A stretch of DNA of 10,561 nucleotides from Candidatus Hodarchaeota archaeon (lineage in GTDB: Archaea; Asgardarchaeota; Heimdallarchaeia; Hodarchaeales; Hodarchaeaceae), in contig JAHQWW010000129.1 in assembly GCA_029856365.1 (NCBI GenBank), forward strand, positions 1-10,561, in the 5' to 3' direction. Every line of letters starts with the position of its first letter. The first letter of the stretch is position 1. The notes below the pieces were generated by a model, which searched no databases, was not told the origin of the DNA, and saw nothing but the letters and a program-made list of their open reading frames with translations. The position numbers and the translations under genes are program-made. This document shows positions 1 through 7,610 of the stretch, piece by piece.

Positions 1-2
1 AA

Positions 3-464
3 CTAAAGGCCTCTGGGGAATATAAGACAATATTTGATTATGAAGTAAGCTTAGAAGTTACCCACCATGGTCCCTTCTCCAAACCCTCCGTGGTCTTTAT
101 AGAGGTAGGTTCCTCTGAGGCCCAATGGAAAGATTTGGAAGCATGTCGTCTCATTGCAGATGCTGTGAATAAGACAGATTTTACTAACCTCAATCAAAAC
201 AGCGATTGGGTGTCTGTCATCGGATTTGGAGGGAATCATTATGCTACGAAATTTACTCGCTACATGGTAGAAAGTGATTATGCGTTCGGCCATATTTGTG
301 CAAAATATGCAATTCAATGGTTAACCGAAGATTTGATTCATCAAATGATTGAAAAAACCACCCCCCCACCTGAGCTTATCCTGTTTGATAAAAAGAGCAT
401 GAAACGAAAACAACAGATTAGAACATGGTTATCTGAATTTGATTTCGAAGTTAAACAGATCTAA
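3..464 (+). CDS. dtdA: D-aminoacyl-tRNA deacylase, archaeal DtdA/GEK1 (DTD2) family, 5'-truncated by the window edge
   Basis: The frame of ORF 90..464 is open back to base 3 and reads LKASGEYKTIFDYEVSLEVTHHGPFSKPSVVFIEVGSSE. It contains the family motifs E-x-THHGP, FIE(V)GS, GFGGxHYA and FGHI. The GTG at 90 is an internal codon, not the start. Confidence 0.93.
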   Translation, partial: LKASGEYKTIFDYEVSLEVTHHGPFSKPSVVFIEVGSSEAQWKDLEACRLIADAVNKTDFTNLNQNSDWVSVIGFGGNHYATKFTRYMVESDYAFGHICAKYAIQWLTEDLIHQMIEKTTPPPELILFDKKSMKRKQQIRTWLSEFDFEVKQI

Positions 465-501
465 TTTTATTCTACAAATAAAGAAAAAGTGGAAAGAATC
501 A
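465..501 (-). terminator. T-rich intergenic segment between convergent genes, putative archaeal oligo-T terminator
   Basis: On the minus strand, just after the stop of the 1147-aa gene, the sequence reads TGATTCTTTCCACTTTTTCTTTATTTG. On the plus strand TTTTAT follows the dtdA stop. Confidence 0.4.
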
Positions 502-3500
502 CTAAAGATCATGTAGTCTTCCGTTTTTTTTCAATACAATAATTGATATCATTGATAGTACAGCCATCAATCCAGTCATTCCAAGCACTGGTATCGATGG
601 TGCAACACTTGTGGTTGTAGAGGAGGAAGTTGTTGTCATTGTTGTTGTAGGCTCTTCATTCTGAATGGTAAATAGATTGGAGACAGCTTCGTTGGTTATC
701 CCTACTAAGCAGGAGGTAACCACTTTAATCCGATAAGTAGTATCATCATCAACAGTGGTGGTGTCCCAATCATAATTAGTGGTGGTCAGTCCTGATGTTA
801 GCTGGTTCCAGGTGTTTCCACCATCATATGAGTAATACACCGTATAAGTGAGGGGATGGCCTAAAGAATCCACTGAAGCTGCCCATTCAATCGTTATGGT
901 GCCTGAAAGGATTTCTCCACCTTTCAAGTTACTCACCTCTGGTGGTGTGAGTACATGGACGTTAATGCGTGACACCAATGGATAGGGATCTTGGTTTTCA
1001 CTACCAATGGAATAAGGATTATCAACGATACCGTCTCCGTCCGCATCAGGGCTAGTCCAGCCACTCCAATAGTTCAGGATGAAAACATTATTTGCCCCAT
1101 CATCATTTACTTGAGGGCCACTTACGAAGTGATTCATCGTAATGGTATTATAATCTGAATTTTTGAGATAAATTCCCTCATTGGGATTGTTTGTAATGGT
1201 GTTATTGCTAATGATGTTGTAATCAGAATCTTCTAGGTTGATTCCATTAATTTCATTATCGTGAACATCATTATCTGAAATGTCATTATAGTGAGCAGAA
1301 CTTAATTTTATTCCTGAATCCTTGTGATTATAAATAAAATTTGCTGTGATTTTATTATTATTTCCAAAGCATAGGATTCCATCATTATTATCGTATAGTA
1401 AATTACGATGGATTTTATTATTTTTTCCTCCTATCATAAACCCATTGATGTTGTTGAATACTGTATTATAAGTAGCAAGGTTATTTTCTTCACTATGATA
1501 AGGATTAATTTGGATCGCGAACTCTGAGTTGTATACAGTATTATGAGATATATTATTACTCCGACTTTCCCATAAAGAAATTCCCCGTCGGTCATTGTTT
1601 CCTGCTACTGTGTAATTAATTATATTGTAGCTAATAATGCAGTTATCGGACTCACTAATAACAATTCCTGCAAAATTATTATCACATGCGGTATTATTGG
1701 AGATTTCGTTCTCGTATGACCATAAAATAAAGATTCCCTCATATGTATTCTCGTAAGCACGATTGCTAGTAATTATATTTCGACTAATATAACTGGATAC
1801 CATCCCTTCGTTATTATATACCCAGATCCCATTTTCATTGTTCCCAAATACGGTATTATTATCAATCTTATTGTAAATGATGTCATCTTCAAGCCGAATA
1901 CCATTCAAATCGTTATTATAAGCTGTATTATGACAAATCATATTTTTAGAAGAAGAATAAAGACGGATACCATCTCCATTAGTATCATAAACGGTGTTCT
2001 TGGCAATTGTATTGTTTTGGGAAAAGGATGATAATTGAATGCCAACCCATTCATTACTGTACACTAAGTTATGAGATATGGTGGTATTGTGAGAAGCAGT
2101 GAGAGAAATTCCCTCATTGTTTTTGTATATAGTATTATGTTCTATGATATTAAGATTCGAAGAAGAAAGTGTTATTCCACCTGTGTTGTTATAGACTAGA
2201 TTCTTGAAAAGAAGATTTTGACTCGATTCCTCAAGATTTATTCCTCCCCAATTGTTATTAACAATTATATTACTAACAATGGAGTTATCATTCGAGGATC
2301 CTCCTTCACCAAGCCATATTCCGTACTCAGAGTTACCGAAAACGGCATTATTGACGACAGTATTATTGTTAGACGACCAGCCAAGTTTTATTCCAGTCCA
2401 ACTGTTCCAATAAACCGTATTGTTAATAATTGAATTATAATTAGATGATTCTAACCAAATACCGTTAAGACCATTGTGATAGATGATATTTTCTTCAATA
2501 GTTACATGCTTCACATTATGGAAATATATACCATAACCTGAACTGGATAACCCATTCAGGAAATTATTTCCAATTTGACAATATAATGTTGTACCGCTGA
2601 TTTCGATTAATGCCCCACTCGAAGTTGTGATATTATATCCTTCAATCCGAATAGGATCATCAATGGTTCCCAATCCAGGGAATGAAGAGTTGAGTTGAGT
2701 ATCAGAAGTAATCGTAATAGGACTATTAGGAGTGTACGTTTTGGTCACTATATTCATATCAGTCATCCATTGGGCCAAATTAGTCGAATTAGTGGGAACA
2801 CTGATTTCTCCGCTGATAATCCTATTTCTAACGGTTACATTCACTTCTTGGATTTTATCGAAACCGATTTTATCTTTCGTATAGATTAAAGGAGATAATC
2901 CAACCCCATTCTCTGCCATTCCTAATGTTTGAACATCAGCACTCCAATTCGAATTATAGACATCCTTAATAGCATTATAGACTGCAAGGTCAACTCTTTT
3001 CATCATAGAACAGAGGATTCGGCCAGGGTAAAGAGAATCTTGGTCTGCATCAACGCCAATGGCATAAAAACCTCCTCCCTGTTCATTTACCGACTCCAAG
3101 GCACCAATTCCACTAGCTCCTGCTGCAACAAAGATTATATCCACCCCCTCCGCCCACATGGCTTCCGCGATATTTTTACCTGTTACAGGATCACCCCATG
3201 CACCAACAAAGTCTTCAATGACCTCAATATAGCTATTATTCTTTTCGTAAAATACTCCAGCTGTATAACCAGCCCAGAATTCACGAATTAATGGAATATC
3301 CATGCCCCCGATAAATCCCACTTTTCCTGTTTGGGTCATCAAACCAGCTATGGCCCCTACAAGGAATGAACCTTCTTGTTCCTCGAATATAACAGACCTA
3401 ACATTACCTTGAATAACGACTTGATCAATTAACACAATTGATTGCGAAGGATAGTTTATGGCTGTTGTATTCACAGCTGATATTTGATCATATCCAATTG

Positions 3501-3945
3501 TTACAATTAAATCATAAGTACCAGAAGCCGCGTAAGTTTGTAACATGCCTGGGTATTGGCTGGAATCAGTAGGTTCTGCATAAACAAAGGTACATAATCC
3601 ATCTGTCTGTGCTTTTTGAAGCCCAGTATATACCATGCTATTGAAGCCTAGATCATTGATCCCTTGGGTAGATGCTGCAAAGACACATGCTACATTGATG
3701 GGAGCATTAATTTCAGTCACTTTATGATTTGGTGTCAGTTGACCTAATAATGGAACAGTAGATTTCTGGTTGGGGATTACCCCCGTTTGATCAAACTGTT
3801 TGGTCGAATACAGTTTCTCTATATTGGGTTTAAGTTCTTCTCCATTATTACCCCTAATATTAACCCCAATAATAAATATTAACATAAGAAGCATTGTTAA
3901 GATTAATTGTTTTGTTTTTCTCATGTGATTCTTCATTTTTGGCAC
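502..3945 (-). CDS. Secreted, C-terminally anchored surface protein: BMP/PnrA-family substrate-binding domain + NosD-like right-handed parallel beta-helix + Ig/Fn3-like domain + Thr/Ser linker + TM anchor
   Basis: Basic plus hydrophobic N-terminal signal (MRKTKQLILTMLLMLIFIIG). BMP motifs GINDLGFN, FEEQEGSFLVGAIAG, GFIGGMD, DIIFVAAGASG, AIGVDADQ, SMMKRVD (about aa 83-384, nt 3699-2794). Many N-x-x-x-GI-x-L-x-x-S-x-x-N-x-I-x-x-N repeats of about 22-24 aa end in NYWS..DADGDGIVDNPY..DPYPL (nt about 2736-973). These are followed by GGEILSGTITIEW..YSYDGGNTW..YDWDTT..YRIKV, then PTTTMTTTSSSTTTS, a hydrophobic helix and KK. The start may be GTG 3945, ATG 3936 or ATG 3924. Confidence 0.9.
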   Translation of the reverse strand: MPKMKNHMRKTKQLILTMLLMLIFIIGVNIRGNNGEELKPNIEKLYSTKQFDQTGVIPNQKSTVPLLGQLTPNHKVTEINAPINVACVFAASTQGINDLGFNSMVYTGLQKAQTDGLCTFVYAEPTDSSQYPGMLQTYAASGTYDLIVTIGYDQISAVNTTAINYPSQSIVLIDQVVIQGNVRSVIFEEQEGSFLVGAIAGLMTQTGKVGFIGGMDIPLIREFWAGYTAGVFYEKNNSYIEVIEDFVGAWGDPVTGKNIAEAMWAEGVDIIFVAAGASGIGALESVNEQGGGFYAIGVDADQDSLYPGRILCSMMKRVDLAVYNAIKDVYNSNWSADVQTLGMAENGVGLSPLIYTKDKIGFDKIQEVNVTVRNRIISGEISVPTNSTNLAQWMTDMNIVTKTYTPNSPITITSDTQLNSSFPGLGTIDDPIRIEGYNITTSSGALIEISGTTLYCQIGNNFLNGLSSSGYGIYFHNVKHVTIEENIIYHNGLNGIWLESSNYNSIINNTVYWNSWTGIKLGWSSNNNTVVNNAVFGNSEYGIWLGEGGSSNDNSIVSNIIVNNNWGGINLEESSQNLLFKNLVYNNTGGITLSSSNLNIIEHNTIYKNNEGISLTASHNTTISHNLVYSNEWVGIQLSSFSQNNTIAKNTVYDTNGDGIRLYSSSKNMICHNTAYNNDLNGIRLEDDIIYNKIDNNTVFGNNENGIWVYNNEGMVSSYISRNIITSNRAYENTYEGIFILWSYENEISNNTACDNNFAGIVISESDNCIISYNIINYTVAGNNDRRGISLWESRSNNISHNTVYNSEFAIQINPYHSEENNLATYNTVFNNINGFMIGGKNNKIHRNLLYDNNDGILCFGNNNKITANFIYNHKDSGIKLSSAHYNDISDNDVHDNEINGINLEDSDYNIISNNTITNNPNEGIYLKNSDYNTITMNHFVSGPQVNDDGANNVFILNYWSGWTSPDADGDGIVDNPYSIGSENQDPYPLVSRINVHVLTPPEVSNLKGGEILSGTITIEWAASVDSLGHPLTYTVYYSYDGGNTWNQLTSGLTTTNYDWDTTTVDDDTTYRIKVVTSCLVGITNEAVSNLFTIQNEEPTTTMTTTSSSTTTSVAPSIPVLGMTGLMAVLSMISIIVLKKNGRLHDL
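607..651 (-). repeat. Low-complexity Thr/Ser-rich linker (ACA-rich codons)
   Basis: Encodes PTTTMTTTSSSTTTS just before the C-terminal anchor, typical of the stalks of archaeal surface glycoproteins. Confidence 0.75.
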
Positions 3946-3980
3946 CGTATAACTTTCTTGATATATTTCACGATTTAAGT

Positions 3981-3999
3981 TATGATAAAAGCATTTTCC
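3981..3999 (-). promoter_or_regulatory. Putative archaeal BRE/TATA promoter of the BMP-beta-helix gene
   Basis: The minus strand reads GGAAAATGC-TTTTATCATA about 36-55 nt upstream of the GTG at 3945. Confidence 0.45.
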
Positions 4000-4144
4000 T
4001 GCTGTTCTGCTTATTATTGTTTAGAATGCAATCAGTAATAGTAAAATTAAATAAATATATGCATTATGAGTTTTTGAGTATGACTATATAAAAAATTTTT
4101 GAAAATAATTATAATATATAACTCTCTTCTTTCACAAAATCCCG

Positions 4145-4429
4145 TTATTTCTTCCCCATTAACTTCTCTACTTGTTGAATATATTCTTGGGTGGTCATCT
4201 CAGTATGATTTTGATCTGGAATGAGACTTTCTTTCGAAACCAGACGCGTTCTACGGATTCGAAGTGTATATCCAAGGCCCATCAGTATTAACATCCCTGA
4301 GAGGACAATAACACCTATTAAAGGATGTAAAGACGGAAGAATATACATTACAAAGAAAAATGTAGTAACTGCAACCAATGTAATACCAATATAATAGATG
4401 AAACTCCTGGAAACCATTCTACCACTCAA
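4145..4429 (-). CDS. Small hypothetical membrane protein (two TM helices, basic cytoplasmic segment, short C-terminal helix)
   Basis: Two hydrophobic stretches (FIYYIGITLVAVTTFFFVMYIL and LIGVIVLSGMLILMGLGYTL) are followed by RIRRTR. The start is TTG 4429 or ATG 4417. The ORF fills an otherwise empty gap. Confidence 0.72.
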   Translation of the reverse strand: MSGRMVSRSFIYYIGITLVAVTTFFFVMYILPSLHPLIGVIVLSGMLILMGLGYTLRIRRTRLVSKESLIPDQNHTEMTTQEYIQQVEKLMGKK

Positions 4430-4557
4430 GCTGTTTTCAATCAGAATTTCATTAATGTATCTTGTTTAATACTTCTTGCCTTGAAAGTTCAGGTCATTAA
4501 AAAGAATTCACCTTCAGTAAATGTAGATAGGTCTATTTTCCAAGGGAAGAATTTCCA

Positions 4558-4956
4558 ATGTATCTCGAAACAAATCATAATGCAGAGACGATGGATCGCT
4601 TACATGAAATTGATAGAATACTTCAAGAACTCCAATCACGGATTCCAGACTTAGAAGGAGTCGCGGTTGTCTCCCGAGAGGGATTATCGATCGTTAGTGC
4701 TTTACTCACTACTATTGATGAAGATCGAATAGGTGCCATGACAGCTGCTAGTCTTTCTTTATCTGATCGAATTGTATTAGAATTAGAACGAGGCATTATG
4801 GATCAGGTAATTATTACAGGAACAGATGGTTTAGTAATTATTCGTGAAGCAGGAGAACATGCTGTGTTAGTAGGTATAGCTAAGACGAATGCCAAATTGG
4901 GGCTCGTTTTGCTCGATATAAAACGAGCTGCAAAAAGACTCGCTGGTCTGATTTGA
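4558..4956 (+). CDS. Roadblock/LC7 (MglB/LAMTOR-like) domain protein
   Basis: Typical roadblock pattern LxELxxxxPDLEGVAVVSREGLSI..DEDRIGAMTAASLSL..LELERG..QVIITGxDG..AKLGLVLLDIKRAA. Alternative start ATG 4591. Confidence 0.93.
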   Translation: MYLETNHNAETMDRLHEIDRILQELQSRIPDLEGVAVVSREGLSIVSALLTTIDEDRIGAMTAASLSLSDRIVLELERGIMDQVIITGTDGLVIIREAGEHAVLVGIAKTNAKLGLVLLDIKRAAKRLAGLI

Positions 4957-4971
4957 TTGGGTGTGATTTGA

Positions 4972-5598
4972 ATGAGCTTTTTTAATTCAATTCTCTCTAA
5001 TCAAAATAAACCGCTAAAACTAGTAATTCTTGGGGAAGGGGGTGTGGGCAAAACAACTTTCGCGAAGACTTTTGTTAATAACAGGTTTTTCTCTGAAGCG
5101 ACCCAAACAATTGCAATTGAATTTCATTCGAAGATTTTTTCAATAGGTATTGACACTAATGTAAAAATTCAAATTTGGGATCTAGGCGGACAAGAGCAAT
5201 TTAAAAACATGAGAGCTGTTTTCAGAAAATTCTGCGAAGGTACGGATGGAGCTCTTCTTTGTTTTGATTTAACTGATATTGGATCTCTGTTTGCCATTCC
5301 TGAATGGTTGGAATTCCTTGAAAACGATGCACAACGGTTTTTAATCGGGACGAAATATGATATCGCAACCATTGAAGAACGAAACATCAATCTTGAAACC
5401 TTTCAACAAAAATTCAATTGTGTATCTTCCTTTAAATGTACAGCAAAAGATGTTAACTCAATAGAAAACATATTTAGACAGATTATAATTTCAATCAAAG
5501 ATTTCAAAGAAAAGCAATTTGAGCAATTATCAGAAACAGTCATGAAACGTCCTAAATGGATGGATTTTATCCCCTCTTACCATAAAGAATTTGGATAA
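4972..5598 (+). CDS. Ras-superfamily small GTPase, Rab-like
   Basis: G1 GEGGVGKT, G2 Thr (QTIAIEF), G3 WDLGGQ, G4 TKYD, G5 CTAK. It lies 15 nt downstream of the roadblock gene, with GGGTGTGA as a Shine-Dalgarno-like element. Confidence 0.93.
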   Translation: MSFFNSILSNQNKPLKLVILGEGGVGKTTFAKTFVNNRFFSEATQTIAIEFHSKIFSIGIDTNVKIQIWDLGGQEQFKNMRAVFRKFCEGTDGALLCFDLTDIGSLFAIPEWLEFLENDAQRFLIGTKYDIATIEERNINLETFQQKFNCVSSFKCTAKDVNSIENIFRQIIISIKDFKEKQFEQLSETVMKRPKWMDFIPSYHKEFG

Positions 5599-5654
5599 GA
5601 GATGTTAATTATGTGATATGGTAAGAAGGGGAAGTCTTGTTAGAAGGAAAGTGA

Positions 5655-5675
5655 AAAACAATACCTTTTAATAAA
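5655..5675 (+). promoter_or_regulatory. Putative BRE/TATA promoter for the MFS gene (probably a near-leaderless transcript)
   Basis: An A-rich run is followed by TTTTAATA at 5666-5673, about 28-35 nt upstream of ATG 5701. No obvious Shine-Dalgarno lies in between. Confidence 0.45.
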
Positions 5676-5700
5676 TCAATTTTCTTTTCCTTTCAAATAC

Positions 5701-6972
5701 ATGAAGGGCGATATTTTTAATTTAACGAGAATCACGTACATCATAGTCCTTGGTGCTAGCATTAATAACCTCGCCGCTGGATTACTTGAACCTACGGTTG
5801 CACCATATTTGGAAATCCTCGGTGCAAGCTCTCAAGAAATAGGAACGATTTTAAGTGCGCGATTCTTGGTCGTTGCGATTGCATCTCTCCCACTCGCCCT
5901 TTTTGCGTCTCGATTTGGCCTTAAACGCTTTTTGTATCTTTCAGCTATTGGTATGGTTATTGGGGGTGTAATTCTTTTTTCTATTGGAGGGAAAACTGCC
6001 ATTTTATGGTTCTATTTGTCTATTGGCTTTACAAGTGCCATCTTTAGCGGACCAGGAGCGGCATTGATCGCTGAAAATACTGGTACAAAACGAATCGCAG
6101 CATTTAGCCTGTTTTATGCGACTTGGATGATCCCAACTGCTCTTGGGGCACTAATTTCGACCATTTGGTTTTGGAACATTCTTGAATATACTCCTGAAAA
6201 TTTAGCAAGTATTTTTCCCCCAACAATTTTTGTAATGATAGCTGGAAGTGTGGTTTTCATTGTTTTAATACTTTTTACCGATCACGAAGAGAGTACGAAA
6301 GAATTACTGACTGTTACTGATATCAACCAAGTTCCTATTAAAAGCCAATTCCAAATATTATTTAGTCCAATTATTGCTTTACCTTTGACACTATTAATAA
6401 TTACAGAATTCTTATCAGGAGCAGGAGCAGGATCCAGTCTTCCGTATTTGACCCCTTATTTAAAAAGTATAGGCGCGACTCCAGGAGAACTTTCCATATT
6501 AGTTTTTATAATGAATATTTTTATGGGTGTTGCTACGCAGCTATCTCCCCTTTTAGCTAAGCGCTTTGGAGATTTGCGAGTTTTTTCCGTAACAATGATT
6601 TTATCTGTTTCTTGTTTGTTAGGAATTGCTTTTTCGAATGATTTGGTTGTATCAGCTTTATTTTTTATCTTCCGTGGTACTTTCGCCAATATGAACGCAC
6701 CAATAACCTCATCTCGGATGTTGGAATTCATTGAAACACGAGTTCGGGCAACAGGTGTTGCAACTACTTCTACAGTCCGTTGGATTGGTTGGAGTTTGTT
6801 TTCACCTATTTCAGGTGGAATTATTGATAATTACGGATACAACATTGCGTTTACTTTCACATCAATCATTTATATTGTCGCTTTGGTAATATTTGTCCGA
6901 GTAATCCAACGATTTAAGAGTTTAGAAGAGATTAAGTCTAAACCAACATTGAGAATACCTAACAATCATTAA
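5701..6972 (+). CDS. Major facilitator superfamily (MFS) transporter, substrate unknown
   Basis: 423 aa with about 12 hydrophobic segments in two 6-TM halves. Motif-A-like loops are ASRFGLKR and AKRFGDLR. RVRATG and GGIIDNYGY occur in the C-terminal half. Confidence 0.92.
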   Translation: MKGDIFNLTRITYIIVLGASINNLAAGLLEPTVAPYLEILGASSQEIGTILSARFLVVAIASLPLALFASRFGLKRFLYLSAIGMVIGGVILFSIGGKTAILWFYLSIGFTSAIFSGPGAALIAENTGTKRIAAFSLFYATWMIPTALGALISTIWFWNILEYTPENLASIFPPTIFVMIAGSVVFIVLILFTDHEESTKELLTVTDINQVPIKSQFQILFSPIIALPLTLLIITEFLSGAGAGSSLPYLTPYLKSIGATPGELSILVFIMNIFMGVATQLSPLLAKRFGDLRVFSVTMILSVSCLLGIAFSNDLVVSALFFIFRGTFANMNAPITSSRMLEFIETRVRATGVATTSTVRWIGWSLFSPISGGIIDNYGYNIAFTFTSIIYIVALVIFVRVIQRFKSLEEIKSKPTLRIPNNH

Positions 6973-7042
6973 TTATGAAGAAGCATCACGAGGGTTAAAT
7001 TTCACTAAATAAATTGAAATCGTGTAGTGATGTGTTGTGATA

Positions 7043-7437
7043 GAGACTTTCGCTGATTAAATGATCAAATAACTTATCTAAAAATCCTCCCTTAACTGGT
7101 TTTGATAATCCATCTTTATAAATACTGATTCTGGAGATGATATTTCTTCATTCTCGTCTGGCGTTAATTGGCAAGGATAACAACCAATTGACTGGGAATA
7201 TTCTACAAAATCCTTAACTTCTCTTTCAGTTTTCATGATTAATTCTTGATTGTTCCATCCGTATTTAATCCCTCTCCATGTTCCATTAGGCTGCTCAATT
7301 ATCGGTATTATTCGTTTTCCTGTAATATCTCCTCCCATAATTAGAACACCTGATTTTAAATACTTTCCTGCGTTTAGAAACTTCTTCCATACACTCTCTG
7401 CCCCATGGATATCCGTACAGAAAAATATCCTTACCAT
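7043..7437 (-). pseudogene. Calcineurin-like metallophosphoesterase (Icc-related), frameshifted and 3'-truncated
   Basis: The N-terminus has motifs I and II (TDIHG, GGDITGK) with a GAGGT Shine-Dalgarno, but the frame stops at TAG 7080-7078 after 119 aa. The -1 frame continues YKDGLSKPVKGGFLDKLFDHLISESL (to 7043), and motif III (GNxD) and later motifs are absent. Confidence 0.75.
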
Positions 7438-7515
7438 TCATTTAACCTCTTGAATGTTGTGTGACTTGTATCAGTTCATAACAAATTCTAAAGCGGTCTA
7501 ATTAATTGTGAATGT

Positions 7516-7534
7516 GAGTAAAATGGTTTTTAAC
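7516..7534 (+). promoter_or_regulatory. Putative BRE/TATA promoter of the MtmB-like gene
   Basis: GAGTAAAATGG-TTTTTAAC, with the TATA-like box at 7527-7534, in the divergent intergenic region. Confidence 0.45.
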
Positions 7535-7551
7535 TTGCTCGAATTAAATCG

Positions 7552-7578
7552 TTTTTTCGGTAAAAGAAATCGAAAAAA
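7552..7578. repeat. Inverted repeat TTTTTTCG-N11-CGAAAAAA, candidate operator
   Basis: Perfect 8-bp arms at 7552-7559 and 7571-7578, overlapping the expected transcription start of the MtmB-like gene. Confidence 0.45.
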
Positions 7579-7610
7579 TCATATGTCTATTCCATCCACT
7601 GGGATAATTG

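Noticed and set aside
973-2736. Repetitive AT-rich DNA as a possible CRISPR array, tandem repeat or foreign island
   Set aside because: The periodicity is at the protein level (Asn/Ile-rich beta-helix coils). No identical nucleotide repeats with spacers were seen.
973-2736. Calling the beta-helix a true NosD (nitrous oxide reductase maturation) or a pectate lyase
   Set aside because: There are no nos genes nearby, this repeat type is generic in archaeal surface proteins, and catalytic residues cannot be assigned by eye.
2218-3291. Plus-strand ORFs 2218..2433, 2695..2889 and 2929..3291
   Set aside because: They are antisense shadows inside the 1147-aa gene, with no recognisable motifs.
4085-4120. 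AT-only palindromic stretch (AAAAATTTTT, TATATA) as an operator or origin element
   Set aside because: It is low complexity, expected by chance, and better explained as terminator or promoter-type intergenic sequence.
7057-7080. Amber (Pyl) readthrough of the phosphoesterase TAG, suggested by the adjacent MtmB homolog
   Set aside because: Readthrough adds only ISYLII before TAA, and the homologous-looking continuation is in the -1 frame. TAG also serves as an ordinary stop for the BMP fusion and ogt.
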